Source: an uncultured delta proteobacterium (GTDB lineage: Bacteria > Desulfobacterota > Binatia > Binatales > Binataceae). From it: DNA of 64,000 nucleotides. The stretch spans positions 128,001-192,000 of the forward strand of contig CAVQEQ010000001.1 of NCBI GenBank assembly GCA_963711565.1, written 5' to 3'. Below are positions 30,895-40,288 of the stretch, one piece after another. The notes under the pieces were generated by a model. It ran no database searches, was not told the DNA's origin, and worked only from the letters and a program-made list of their open reading frames with translations. The stretch's first letter is position 1. Each line of letters starts with the position of its first letter. The translations under genes and the position numbers were made by a program.

Positions 30895-31737
30895 TCACTG
30901 CCTTCGAGGGGTGTACAGGGGCATAAAGGATTCGTTCTTCGCCAGGTCCCAAAGCTTGCCCGCTTTATTGAGCAGCCAACGGCGATCCATACGGCATCGG
31001 CTGGCCGTATTCGGTTCCAAGACAATCTCACCGGCATTGGTGGTGCCAGCCACTGCGAACGACGTACCACAATTGGCCGCCTTCAAATGGGACAAGCCCT
31101 GCTGAATTTGTATTTCTACGTGGGAACCATCTCTCTTGAAATCGAACACCTGAACGAACGAGTACTTGCCGCCTTCGGAGATCACCCCGAAGATATGCTG
31201 TCCGTCGTTAGAAAAGCCATCCAAATGAACCGAGAGCCTTCGCCCCCACTCGGCGACACTGCTGGTGAACCCCATGGGGGGAATCAGGCCAGCCGCGCCG
31301 TCCCTGCCATCTGGAAGCGTGATTCGAAGCGTATAGTTCGCCTCGCACTCATGCGAGTTCTTGTTATGGTCGTCTTCGCTGTGGACCTTAAGGACGGCGA
31401 CTACGCCGCCAGGGCCAGTCCGGCTCCTGCTCTCGGTGGTTACGTCATTGGCGCAGTCGATGGACTGCCCAACCTCTACGGGATCTCTTTCTCGCGCCTG
31501 CATCTCGGCTGCAAACACTTGCTGATGCAAATTCTGATATTTTGGGTCGTTATGTGCACCGTCCCAAAGGGCGTCTAGTTTGGCTTGTGCGTCGGCTAGC
31601 TTTCCTACGCCAAGATCACGCTGCGCGGCGTCAAGTTCCTGGTCCCTCTCTATCGCATAACTAGAGAGCGTTGCCATCACGATGGCGGCGACGAATATGA
31701 TGGACCGAAATCTAGTTGGGCTTTGGAAGTGTTCCAT
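30895..31737 (-). CDS. Hypothetical exported protein (island cargo, possibly chimeric)
   Basis: Hydrophobic signal-like segment IIFVAAIVMATLSSYA; no recognised family; start uncertain. Confidence 0.5.
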   Translation of the reverse strand: MEHFQSPTRFRSIIFVAAIVMATLSSYAIERDQELDAAQRDLGVGKLADAQAKLDALWDGAHNDPKYQNLHQQVFAAEMQARERDPVEVGQSIDCANDVTTESRSRTGPGGVVAVLKVHSEDDHNKNSHECEANYTLRITLPDGRDGAAGLIPPMGFTSSVAEWGRRLSVHLDGFSNDGQHIFGVISEGGKYSFVQVFDFKRDGSHVEIQIQQGLSHLKAANCGTSFAVAGTTNAGEIVLEPNTASRCRMDRRWLLNKAGKLWDLAKNESFMPLYTPRRQ

Positions 31738-31789
31738 TCTTTTGAAGATAGCGGAGTGATCGTTCGATCTCCATATCCACCGCCAACGT

Positions 31790-32193
31790 GCGGAGATCTG
31801 TCGGCTTGCCAAGCATCGTCAGCTTGCCTTTAGAAAGATCATAGGTTTCGAAAAAAATCAATCCGTCCGTAAGGACACCGAAGGACTGTTCACCTAGCGA
31901 TGTGAGATACGTAACTAACTCTTCGAGACCTACTGCCCGTTCTTTTTCGAGATCACGCTTAAATTCAAAAACGAGATCTTGGTACAATGCGTCTATGTAT
32001 CCACGAACCTTCGCGACTCGGATGCCCTTTTCGACCTCAACTTCATCGGCTCCTATACCAAAGGCATCGTGGAGGAGTAGCAAAAAGAGATGCCTGCGCG
32101 CTCGTCATGGTGTGCGCCACGCTTGGCTGCCTGCTCGGCGTCTGACAGATACTTGGCCAACTGCGTCGCGAATTTGTTGAGAAAGATAGGCAT
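31790..32193 (-). pseudogene. N-terminal nuclease fragment of a type IIG-like restriction-modification enzyme
   Basis: GGAGG RBS before MPIFLNKF; after a frameshift near 32095 it reads GYIDALYQDLVFEFKRDL...GVLTDG (PD-(D/E)xK-type). No methylase motifs follow. Confidence 0.62.
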
Positions 32194-32568
32194 CGTCCCT
32201 CCGTCAGGCCGTGTATCAACTTGTTTCCTGTATCCGATCCAAAGCAAAAAGCCTAGCTACGGTCGTGTACGTGAGGGCACTTACCAGCTTCTAGCTTCTA
32301 CTGATTGCTGGGGCGGGGCAAACAAGTTCGTTTCTGGGGAACTGTGTGAGAGAGCGCTTAGAGCGAAATTCTCCGAAACATCACGTCCCCCTGTCATTTC
32401 GACCATCTTTCACGAGTACTCAAAGGCTAGTGTTTGTTTGCTCCCTATGTTCGGTGCACCCAGTGCCCCCCACAGAGGCGGAAAGTTGCCTCAAATGCAT
32501 CCCTTGTGGCATACACGAACGAAGCAGTAGGTGGCTAAATCTTTGATTTGTAAAGGGAAAGGCGGCAT

Positions 32569-32660
32569 GGCTCACCTGATTTCGAGTCAGGCCGGTTAAA
32601 CCAAACTCCCGAACCTCTCCGCGACAGACGAGCATCGATGTTTGCCCCAGCGCAGTCAAG
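32569..32660. repeat. 92-bp direct repeat, copy 2 (split tRNA-Ser 5' fragment plus promoter)
   Basis: Contains about the first 52 nt of the tRNA (to the variable arm) on the minus strand and lacks the T-arm and 3' acceptor strand. Confidence 0.92.
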
Positions 32661-32746
32661 CCGAAGCGCGCAATGTCGATTTTCCGATCAGACTGGAATT
32701 TGCTAGCGTGATTTAGGTTTCGCGCGCGAGACCAGGAGCGCATTTT

Positions 32747-33739
32747 ATGCCATCGAATTCGATCTCACACCGTATCCCGACCTCATTCGACACCACCTTC
32801 CAGCGCTACTACGCGGTCGAGGCTCCCGACCTGCGCCGGCTGTACGAAAACGCCAAGCGCGATCAGTGGAACGCGTCCGCCGACGTGGACTGGACGACCA
32901 ACGTTGACCTCGACCGCGGCATCTTCGCCGACGAGCTGGTCGACGGCCACGGCACCCCCACGCTCGACCGGCTCGAGCCGCGCGAGTTCCAGCGCCTCAA
33001 CGTCGAGTTCTCGTGCTGGCGGCTTTCGCAACTGCTCCACGGCGAGGAAGGCGCGATGCTTGCCTGCAGCCAGTTGGTCGACATGGTGCCCGGCAACGAC
33101 GCGAAGTTCTTCCAGGCGACGCAGGTCGTCGATGAAGCGCGCCACGCCGAAGTACTCAGCCGCTACCTGCTCGAGAAATGCGACGGCAAGATCTATCCGA
33201 TGACCGGAAATATCAAGAAGCTCTTCGACTATATCCTCGGCAACGGCAAATGGTTCATCAAAACCGTCGGCCTCCAGTTACTGGCTGAGACGTTCGCCGT
33301 GTCGCTATTCCGGATGCTGATGGAGACGGCGAAGGATCCGCTGCTGCGGGGAATTTGCAAGCGCATCCTGGCCGATGAATCGCGGCACATGGGATTTTCG
33401 ATTCTCAGCCTGCCCGACGAGATTCGCGGGTTGAGCGCCGGCGACCTGCATGAACTCGAAGACTTCACACGCGAGGCGCTGATCCTCGTCATGACCGGGC
33501 AGTTCCCGCGCGAAGCTTACGAAGCAATCGGAATGAGCGCGGCCGACATCGAAGCGGTCCGCCACGCGCGCAAGGAAATCGCGCTCGGCAGCGAGTACGC
33601 GTTGTTCCGCAAACTTTTCCGTCGCGAGATGCATCAGACCGTGGTCAGCAACATGCAGAAGGTCGGGCTGCTGAACGAGCGCACGTCTGCCTTCATGCGC
33701 GAGATGGGAATCAACACCACGCTCGCGGCTGCCGCCTGA
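32747..33739 (+). CDS. Ferritin-like di-iron protein (AurF/desaturase-like)
   Basis: HGEEGA...DEARH and AE...DESRH paired ExxH motifs; AGGAG RBS. Confidence 0.85.
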   Translation: MPSNSISHRIPTSFDTTFQRYYAVEAPDLRRLYENAKRDQWNASADVDWTTNVDLDRGIFADELVDGHGTPTLDRLEPREFQRLNVEFSCWRLSQLLHGEEGAMLACSQLVDMVPGNDAKFFQATQVVDEARHAEVLSRYLLEKCDGKIYPMTGNIKKLFDYILGNGKWFIKTVGLQLLAETFAVSLFRMLMETAKDPLLRGICKRILADESRHMGFSILSLPDEIRGLSAGDLHELEDFTREALILVMTGQFPREAYEAIGMSAADIEAVRHARKEIALGSEYALFRKLFRREMHQTVVSNMQKVGLLNERTSAFMREMGINTTLAAAA

Positions 33740-33740
33740 G

Positions 33741-35093
33741 ATGGCGACCGCGCCCAGTCAAAATCGCGGCCGCCTGAACGGGCACGATTGGCGCGCGCAA
33801 CTCGGTGCGCGGCTGGTCGCCGCGGATGAAGCCGTCTCGCATATCAAGTCGGGCGACCGCGTGTGCCTGTCGATCGCGCAACAGACGCCGTTCGAGCTTT
33901 GCCCCGCGCTCGCCGGCCGCCTGATGGAGCTGGAGAACGTCGTCGTCAATCACGGCGCCGCCGTTATGAACTGGGATTTGCCGGGGTTGGGCGAGCGCTT
34001 CCGGCTCGAGTCGATGTACCTGTCGCCGTACGACCGCGCGATTTACCATCGCGGCGCGGCAGAGTTTACGCCGATTGTTTACTACCGCGCCGGGCATTTG
34101 CCGCCTGCGCTCGACAACTTCAACGTGTACCTGATGACGGTGTCGCCGCCCGACGAGCATGGCTACTGCAACTTCGGCGAAGCGCAGATCATGTCCAAGC
34201 TGCTCGCGCGGAATGCGAATCTCGTGATCGCCGAGATCGACAAGAATTCGATTCGCGTCGGCGGCGACAACTCGATCCATATTTCGGAGATAAACTACTT
34301 CGTCGAGCGCACCACCGAGCTGCCGGAAATCAACCTGCCGCAGCCCGGCGAAGAGGAAGCGCGAAATATCGCGGCGGTTTGCGGAATGGTCGCGAAGGAA
34401 CTGATCCCCGATCGCGCGACGTTGCAAATCGGCGTCGGCTCGATGTCCGGAATGCTATGCAAGCATCTCCACGGTCATCATGAGCTTGGGATGCAGACCG
34501 AGATCATTCCGCTCCACACCGCGCCGCTGGTCGAAGCGGGCGTGCTGACCGGCAAACACAAGAAACTCTTTCCAGGATTGGTGGTTGGCGCCGGCTTCGC
34601 GCCGTTGACTCCGCGCGAAGAGTTGGATTTCGTTGATGGCAATCCAGCATTCGCGCTCTACGATTTCAACACCACCGACGACATCCGTTTTGTCGCGCAG
34701 GAAGAGGGGCTTGTCTCCGTCAACAACGCGATGGCGGTTGATTTGACCGGGCAGACCAACGGCGAATCGATCGGACCGCTGATGTACACCGGCACGGGCG
34801 GGCAGACGGCGTTCGTCGTGGCGGCGTGCCTGGCGGGCGGCAAGACGGTGATCGTCGTGCCGTCGAGCTCGATGGTCCATGGCAAGCGCATCTCGCGCAT
34901 CGTGCCGGTGCTCGATCCGGGCAGCGTGGTCACATCGCCGCGCGGCTTCGTCCATCACGTGGTCACGGAGTACGGCATCGCAACACTCAAGGGCAAATCG
35001 ATCCGCCAGCGGATCGACGAGCTGGTCTCGATCGCCCATCCCGACTTCAGATCGGAACTCCGCACCGAAGCGAAACGCCTCTACAAAGTCTGA
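33741..35093 (+). CDS. Acetyl-CoA hydrolase/transferase family (4-hydroxybutyrate CoA-transferase-like)
   Basis: SPPDEHG, TLQIGVG, VDLTGQ, GTGGQ, VVTEYGIATLKGK and IAHPDFR. Confidence 0.92.
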   Translation: MATAPSQNRGRLNGHDWRAQLGARLVAADEAVSHIKSGDRVCLSIAQQTPFELCPALAGRLMELENVVVNHGAAVMNWDLPGLGERFRLESMYLSPYDRAIYHRGAAEFTPIVYYRAGHLPPALDNFNVYLMTVSPPDEHGYCNFGEAQIMSKLLARNANLVIAEIDKNSIRVGGDNSIHISEINYFVERTTELPEINLPQPGEEEARNIAAVCGMVAKELIPDRATLQIGVGSMSGMLCKHLHGHHELGMQTEIIPLHTAPLVEAGVLTGKHKKLFPGLVVGAGFAPLTPREELDFVDGNPAFALYDFNTTDDIRFVAQEEGLVSVNNAMAVDLTGQTNGESIGPLMYTGTGGQTAFVVAACLAGGKTVIVVPSSSMVHGKRISRIVPVLDPGSVVTSPRGFVHHVVTEYGIATLKGKSIRQRIDELVSIAHPDFRSELRTEAKRLYKV

Positions 35094-35117
35094 CGAATCG
35101 CGCTCCTCCGGACTCCG

Positions 35118-35708
35118 ATGGTGGAAATTAATCCGACCAGGATTTCCGGCCGCTGGAGCAACGGATTTACGCTCGACGTACATACGACCGGCAGCGAGCT
35201 GCATGGCCACGACGAATATGGACATCCGCAGTTCGCAAGCACGCGTTCCGAACTTGGCGAGCTTCTTTACAGACTCAAGTTTCGACTCGACAAAACCGTC
35301 ATTGCAGAGATCGCCAAGGTCGTTGGCACCTTCGTTGACTCTTATCTTCCGACGGTGGATGTGATTGTCCCGGTACCACCATCGACTCCGCGAACCGAGC
35401 AGCCAGTCATCCTGCTCGCTCGGGCGATTGGAGAACGAATCGGGATTCCGGTGTCCGAAGATTGCGTCTGGAAAGTGCGCGAAACGTCGCAACTCAAAAA
35501 CGTCTTCGACTTCGATCAACGATTCCGTTTGCTCGATGGTGCGTTTGAGGTTGATCCGTCGATAGCCAAAAGCAAGGTCGTATTGCTGTTCGATGATCTT
35601 TACAGGTCGGGCGCTACGTTGAACGCCGTCACCAGCATCTTGTACGATCAAGGTGGCGCCAGAGACGTGCTGGCGCTAACGTTGACGCGAACTCGCAGTC
35701 TCCGATGA
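35118..35708 (+). CDS. ComF-like phosphoribosyltransferase
   Basis: GELLYRLKF, VPVPPS and PRPP-binding loop VLLFDDLYRSGATL. Confidence 0.88.
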   Translation: MVEINPTRISGRWSNGFTLDVHTTGSELHGHDEYGHPQFASTRSELGELLYRLKFRLDKTVIAEIAKVVGTFVDSYLPTVDVIVPVPPSTPRTEQPVILLARAIGERIGIPVSEDCVWKVRETSQLKNVFDFDQRFRLLDGAFEVDPSIAKSKVVLLFDDLYRSGATLNAVTSILYDQGGARDVLALTLTRTRSLR

Positions 35709-36253
35709 CAAAAGTATTCATCGCCGGATCCCGGAAAATCTCGAAGCTGAGCGTTGAAGTCCGTCAAAGGCTCGACGAGATAGTGGCGAAGAGCCTGCCC
35801 GTTGTTATCGGCGACGCGTCGGGGGTGGATAAATCGGTCCAGCAATACTTGCACGCGAAGGGTTATCGAGCGGTCGAAGTCTTCTGTTCCGGCACCCGCT
35901 GTCGCAACAATGTTGGGGATTGGCCAACCGTGGAGGTAGCGGTCAATTCAAGCCGGCGCGATTTTGATTTCTATGCGACGAAGGATGTCCGAATGTCGGA
36001 TGAAGCGTCGTTCGGCTTGATGATCTGGGACGGCGAAAGCGCCGGAACCCTGATGAACGTTTTGAGATTGATCAATCGGAACAAAAGCGTGGTGGTTTTC
36101 GAAGCTCCGAAAGGGCGCTTCCGGGAATTGAAAGAAGAATCGGAGTGGAACAGTTTCTTCTCGGAATGTAGCGACGAGGTTAGAGGCCGAATCGAAAAGC
36201 TCTCGACTTCGGATTCAAAAGTCGCGACCCCAGTTCAAGCTTCTCTGCTCTGA
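35705..36253 (+). CDS. SLOG-superfamily (DprA/Smf/YspA-like) protein
   Basis: VFIAGSR...VIGDASGVD...KDVRM...IWDGESAGT; ATGA overlap with the PRTase gene. Confidence 0.75.
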   Translation: MTKVFIAGSRKISKLSVEVRQRLDEIVAKSLPVVIGDASGVDKSVQQYLHAKGYRAVEVFCSGTRCRNNVGDWPTVEVAVNSSRRDFDFYATKDVRMSDEASFGLMIWDGESAGTLMNVLRLINRNKSVVVFEAPKGRFRELKEESEWNSFFSECSDEVRGRIEKLSTSDSKVATPVQASLL

Positions 36254-36354
36254 CCGCCGCCGCCACCTACTCACTCACGCTATACAGCCCAGCAACTTTT
36301 CTCGCGCACGTCATTACCAGGCGGAAGCCCGGATGGTTCCTCCACCTCGGTCGC

Positions 36355-37293
36355 TCACTGTCCCTTGCTGCGGCGGTCGTACGAGATGGAGTAGGCCGCC
36401 GATCGAGCCAGTAGAATGGGGTCGGCGGAGAGATCGATACCGTCGATCACGTTGGTGGGATCAAACACAATGCGGCGCTCGTCCTCGATGCTGGTCGGAG
36501 AGATCCGGGATATTTCGAGCCGACCCAACTCGACCTGAGGCCGGTCGGCCGGCCACAAGGCGGTGACATCGTCCGTCGGATCGTTCTGCCCCGCCAGTTG
36601 CAAGAGAAGGCGGAACACGACAGGACCATTCCGCAGGCGGTTCTCCAGCTCCTCGCGCAGAAAGGTCGCGCTGCGCTTGCTCGCATCATCAGGCGAGAGA
36701 TAGGCTTCCCCCGCCTCGGGTATCCAGTGATAGCGGCCGAATCGGCTGGTGCCATCTGCGGCGGTGAATTTATACGCGTGCTCAGCATGGTAGCTGCTCT
36801 GACCGTAGCTAGCCGGCACCGGCTTCTGCGTCAGGCGCTGTATGAACGCGCCGGCGGACGGATGCTTCTCCAGAAAGCGGGGCACCGCGTCGGGTCGGGG
36901 TTGGCCGGTGGCAGGGTCGGGGAGCTGGGCTTGTAGGAACGCGAGGAAATCTTCGGGAGTCCGCGCGAGGAACCCCTCGATAGAGAGCGCGACGATGTCG
37001 GCGTTCTTGCCGTCGGGTAACTGAAACTTTACCGCCATCGCCCGCGCGTTGGGTATGCCGTCGTGCACGTCCGGATTCCCGTGCGCATTAGAGAAGCGGA
37101 TAACTGTTGGGACTGCTTCGCCTTGCAGGTGCTGCGCCCGGCTCACGCCGCGCGCCTGTGGTGCGCCGCGAAATGTGCCGGAGCAGACGACGCCTTTGGC
37201 ATGAACGGCGCGAAAGCCGGGGTGCGATCCGGCGAGCGCGCGCATGGTCTCGACGATTTGAGCAGGGGTACCTGGTGCGGCAGGTGCTGACAT
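36355..37293 (-). CDS. Catalase-related peroxidase (SrpA-like)
   Basis: RAVHAKG, IRFS, FDP, DPILLARSAAYSISY (proximal Tyr); GAGGAG RBS before ATG 37293. Confidence 0.92.
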   Translation of the reverse strand: MSAPAAPGTPAQIVETMRALAGSHPGFRAVHAKGVVCSGTFRGAPQARGVSRAQHLQGEAVPTVIRFSNAHGNPDVHDGIPNARAMAVKFQLPDGKNADIVALSIEGFLARTPEDFLAFLQAQLPDPATGQPRPDAVPRFLEKHPSAGAFIQRLTQKPVPASYGQSSYHAEHAYKFTAADGTSRFGRYHWIPEAGEAYLSPDDASKRSATFLREELENRLRNGPVVFRLLLQLAGQNDPTDDVTALWPADRPQVELGRLEISRISPTSIEDERRIVFDPTNVIDGIDLSADPILLARSAAYSISYDRRSKGQ

Positions 37294-37353
37294 AGCGGGA
37301 CTCCTCAATTGTTGAAGTTCGGCTTGATACCAAGTTATTTCAAGCGCTGCCCA

Positions 37354-38082
37354 TTACCATTTGCCGACATGCGCACCACCATCGACGTGGAGCACCTCGC
37401 CCGTTACCAGCCGAGCCTCCGTGAGATAGAGCACGGCGTCGGCGATGTCCTGGACATCGCCGACGCGTCCCAGCGGCGACAAGGACTTTAGAGAATCTTC
37501 AGGATCGTCCTTGTGCATCGGAGTAGTGACTACTCCTGGTGCAACCGCGTTCGCGCGAATGCCGTCCTTTGCATATTCCATCGCGAGGCTGCGCGTGATC
37601 GCTTCGATCCCGCCCTTGGTGATCATCGGCACCGAAGCATTCACTCCAGCTATAGGATGTTCGGCCATCGTGGTTGTGATGCTGACGATGCTGCCGCCGG
37701 ATTTCTGCGCGAGCATTTGTTTGATCGCGAGTTGGGTGATGTAGATGAAGCCTTCAAGGTTGGTGGAAGCGAGAGCTTTGAAGTCTTCGGTCGTGTAGCT
37801 GGTGAAGGGCTTGGAGAAGAAGATGCCAGCGTTGTTAACGAGCGCATCGATCGACCTGAATTTGCTCATCGCAGCGTCAACGATCCTTGCCGCGGTCGCA
37901 CTCTCACCAATATCGCCGTCGACCATCGCCAGCTTATCGGACGGTTCGAACGCGCGGGATTTGGTCATGTCCCGGGACGTGGCGACCACGGAGTAGCCTC
38001 GATCCAGAAAAGTCTTCACGAGGGCCGCGCCGATGCCCTGCGAAGCACCGGTTACGATGGCTGTCTTGGGTTCGTTCGGCAT
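37354..38082 (-). CDS. SDR family oxidoreductase
   Basis: TGASQGIG, NNAG, NAVAPG and VDGG. Confidence 0.92.
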   Translation of the reverse strand: MPNEPKTAIVTGASQGIGAALVKTFLDRGYSVVATSRDMTKSRAFEPSDKLAMVDGDIGESATAARIVDAAMSKFRSIDALVNNAGIFFSKPFTSYTTEDFKALASTNLEGFIYITQLAIKQMLAQKSGGSIVSITTTMAEHPIAGVNASVPMITKGGIEAITRSLAMEYAKDGIRANAVAPGVVTTPMHKDDPEDSLKSLSPLGRVGDVQDIADAVLYLTEARLVTGEVLHVDGGAHVGKW

Positions 38083-38184
38083 AGAAGAACTCCCTCGTAT
38101 TAATGTGCGCCGAATTAGAATCCTGTCCTAGAGATTATGAAGGCAATTCAGCCCGACCCGCTGCTTTGGCGTGCAGGATTTTCG

Positions 38185-38388
38185 TTATTCGCGGCGGAAC
38201 GACAGCATCCCAACGAAGCCCGGCGGACGCCATCCGCCGTTCGCGCATGCGTTGCACACGACGTACTGCTTGTGCAATCCGTCCTCGACGCCAGTGAGCG
38301 CGACCGCGCTCTCTGTTGACACCGCCTTCTTGCACGCGACGCAGGTTGCGGTCAGCGCCTTGTTCGCCTTGGCCTTGTCACTCGGCAT
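38185..38388 (-). CDS. Small CxxC-CxxC zinc-binding protein
   Basis: 67 aa with CVAC...CNAC, co-oriented with its neighbours and filling the intergenic gap. Confidence 0.55.
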   Translation of the reverse strand: MPSDKAKANKALTATCVACKKAVSTESAVALTGVEDGLHKQYVVCNACANGGWRPPGFVGMLSFRRE

Positions 38389-38444
38389 CGCATCCGCACC
38401 ATCTTTCCGAAAATAGCATGTTCATTTCATAGTCCAACATTGGA

Positions 38445-39575
38445 CTATGCCGGGAAAACTATTCGCGCGTTCTCGCCAAGCAGTTTGCGCTGCCGTGCCA
38501 GGCTCAAATTCGAGATTGAATTTCGAATGAGATGCGGCGCTTCGAGGTTGGAGTCGACGTGCGGGAAATCCGAGCCCCATAACACGCGGTCTTCGCCGAG
38601 CAGTTCCATCACCGCGCCTATCGTGCGCTCCTCGGGCTCCGCGACCACCCAGAGGTTGCGGCGGAAGTAATCCGACGGCTTCAACTTCGTCGGATAGGTC
38701 CAGCCGAGCAACTCATACTTCTGATCCATCCGGTCCATGATGTAGGGCGCCCAACCGCATCCCGCCTCGACGCACAAAACCTTGAGGCGCGGGAAGCGAT
38801 CGAACAAACCGTCGGCCACCATCGTCATCGCGGCCGGCACCACCTGCGCGAATCCGCCGAGCGCGAATCCGAACACGGTGCGAAATTCGCCGGGCTGGTA
38901 GAACTGCCCGATGATTCCAGGCGCGCGGTTGAAGCGCACGATCACGTGCAGGCAGGCGGGGATGCCGGCGTCCTCGCACTCGCGCCAAATCGGATCGAAG
39001 TCGGGATGCGAGAAGCGACGCCCGCCGACGTTTTCCGGCGCGAGGAAGATGCCCTTGAAGCCCAGCTTGATGCATCGCTTGAGTTCGACCAGCGCCGACT
39101 CCACGTCCTGCAGCGCGATGTGCGCGATCGGAATTACGCGGCTGCGCACTGTGCTCGCGAAATCGTTGATCCAGTTGTTGTAGGCGCGGACGTAGGCCGC
39201 CGCGAGTTCGTGATCCTCGACATCCCACAGAATCCCGACGGTCGGGAACAGCACGCCCGCGTTGACGCCCCATTCGTCGAGCAGCTTGACGCGAGCGGCG
39301 GGAAGGTAGCTCGCGGGCGGGCATCCGTCCATGTAACCGAGGCGGCCGGGGACGAAGAGTTCCTGGCGCGGCTGATTGGCGCCGCCCAGTCCGGCGAGCA
39401 TCCCCTTCAACAGCGGCTGGTTATCGACCATCAGGACCTCGAAGCCGTCGCCGGGGTCTTTGACGATGCGGATGGCGCGATCGCGAAACTTCGGCTCGAG
39501 ATAGTTTTCCCAGAGATCCGGGGGCTCCATCACGTGCGAGTCGCAATCGATGACAATCGAATCCGTAGCACTCAT
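38445..39575 (-). CDS. Amidohydrolase family protein
   Basis: DCDSHVMEP, VLFPT, RFPRLK and WGSDFPH. Confidence 0.92.
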   Translation of the reverse strand: MSATDSIVIDCDSHVMEPPDLWENYLEPKFRDRAIRIVKDPGDGFEVLMVDNQPLLKGMLAGLGGANQPRQELFVPGRLGYMDGCPPASYLPAARVKLLDEWGVNAGVLFPTVGILWDVEDHELAAAYVRAYNNWINDFASTVRSRVIPIAHIALQDVESALVELKRCIKLGFKGIFLAPENVGGRRFSHPDFDPIWRECEDAGIPACLHVIVRFNRAPGIIGQFYQPGEFRTVFGFALGGFAQVVPAAMTMVADGLFDRFPRLKVLCVEAGCGWAPYIMDRMDQKYELLGWTYPTKLKPSDYFRRNLWVVAEPEERTIGAVMELLGEDRVLWGSDFPHVDSNLEAPHLIRNSISNLSLARQRKLLGENARIVFPA

Positions 39576-39643
39576 CGCTCAGAATGTAACACGGCGGGAG
39601 GCGATGAACGAACTAACCCCTGCGCCGAGGAGTTCACGACCTA

Positions 39644-40195
39644 CTAGCGGCGGAGTGCGTCGATGACTTTTGTGCCGGCCGGCGGGTCGAGATCCGTTCG
39701 CGTCGTCTCGGTAATCCGCGCCGCCATCATGTAGAAACCGATCGTCAGGATCGTCTCGACGACTTCGCGCGGCGACAGAAATTTCATAAGTTCCTTGACT
39801 GTCGCCTCTTCCGCTTTGACGCGATTCACGACTTCTTCGGTGAAGCGCAGCGACGCGCGCTCGACTTCGCTGAAGCATGGCGCGTCGATTGCACTGCGTT
39901 GGATCGCGTCAACTTGCGCCTGCGTGGCGCCGACCGAGATCGCGATCGGCACGTGCTGAATCCATTCGTACTCGCCGCCTTCAACCTTCGCGACCATCAG
40001 GATGACTAATTCGCGCAGCCTGGCGTCGAGTTTCTGGCGGCTGAGAATGGTGCCGCCCAGACGGGTCAGTGGGATGAAGCAGGTCTCGGCGTTCGCCATC
40101 ATCTTGAAGATGTTGAGCTGAACGGGCGCCTGCGCGATCGCGGTGCGCACCTCTTCGGGCAGACTCGCAATATCGGGATACGGGACCAGGCTCAT
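39644..40195 (-). CDS. Carboxymuconolactone decarboxylase/AhpD-like protein
   Basis: LDARLRELVIL and YEWIQH; AGGAGG RBS. Confidence 0.88.
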   Translation of the reverse strand: MSLVPYPDIASLPEEVRTAIAQAPVQLNIFKMMANAETCFIPLTRLGGTILSRQKLDARLRELVILMVAKVEGGEYEWIQHVPIAISVGATQAQVDAIQRSAIDAPCFSEVERASLRFTEEVVNRVKAEEATVKELMKFLSPREVVETILTIGFYMMAARITETTRTDLDPPAGTKVIDALRR

Positions 40196-40288
40196 GACAA
40201 CCTCCTGAGAGAGAGCGTTCAGACTTGGCGGCGTTTGATCGCACCGCTGTTTTGGTGCAAAGACACTAGCAGACGAGGGTTATATCAG

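Larger units (their letters stand above)
29777..32568. mobile_element. Decayed integrative island at tRNA-Ser
   Basis: Bounded by 92-bp direct repeats, contains a truncated tyrosine integrase and other gene fragments, and looks more AT-rich than its flanks. Confidence 0.85.
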
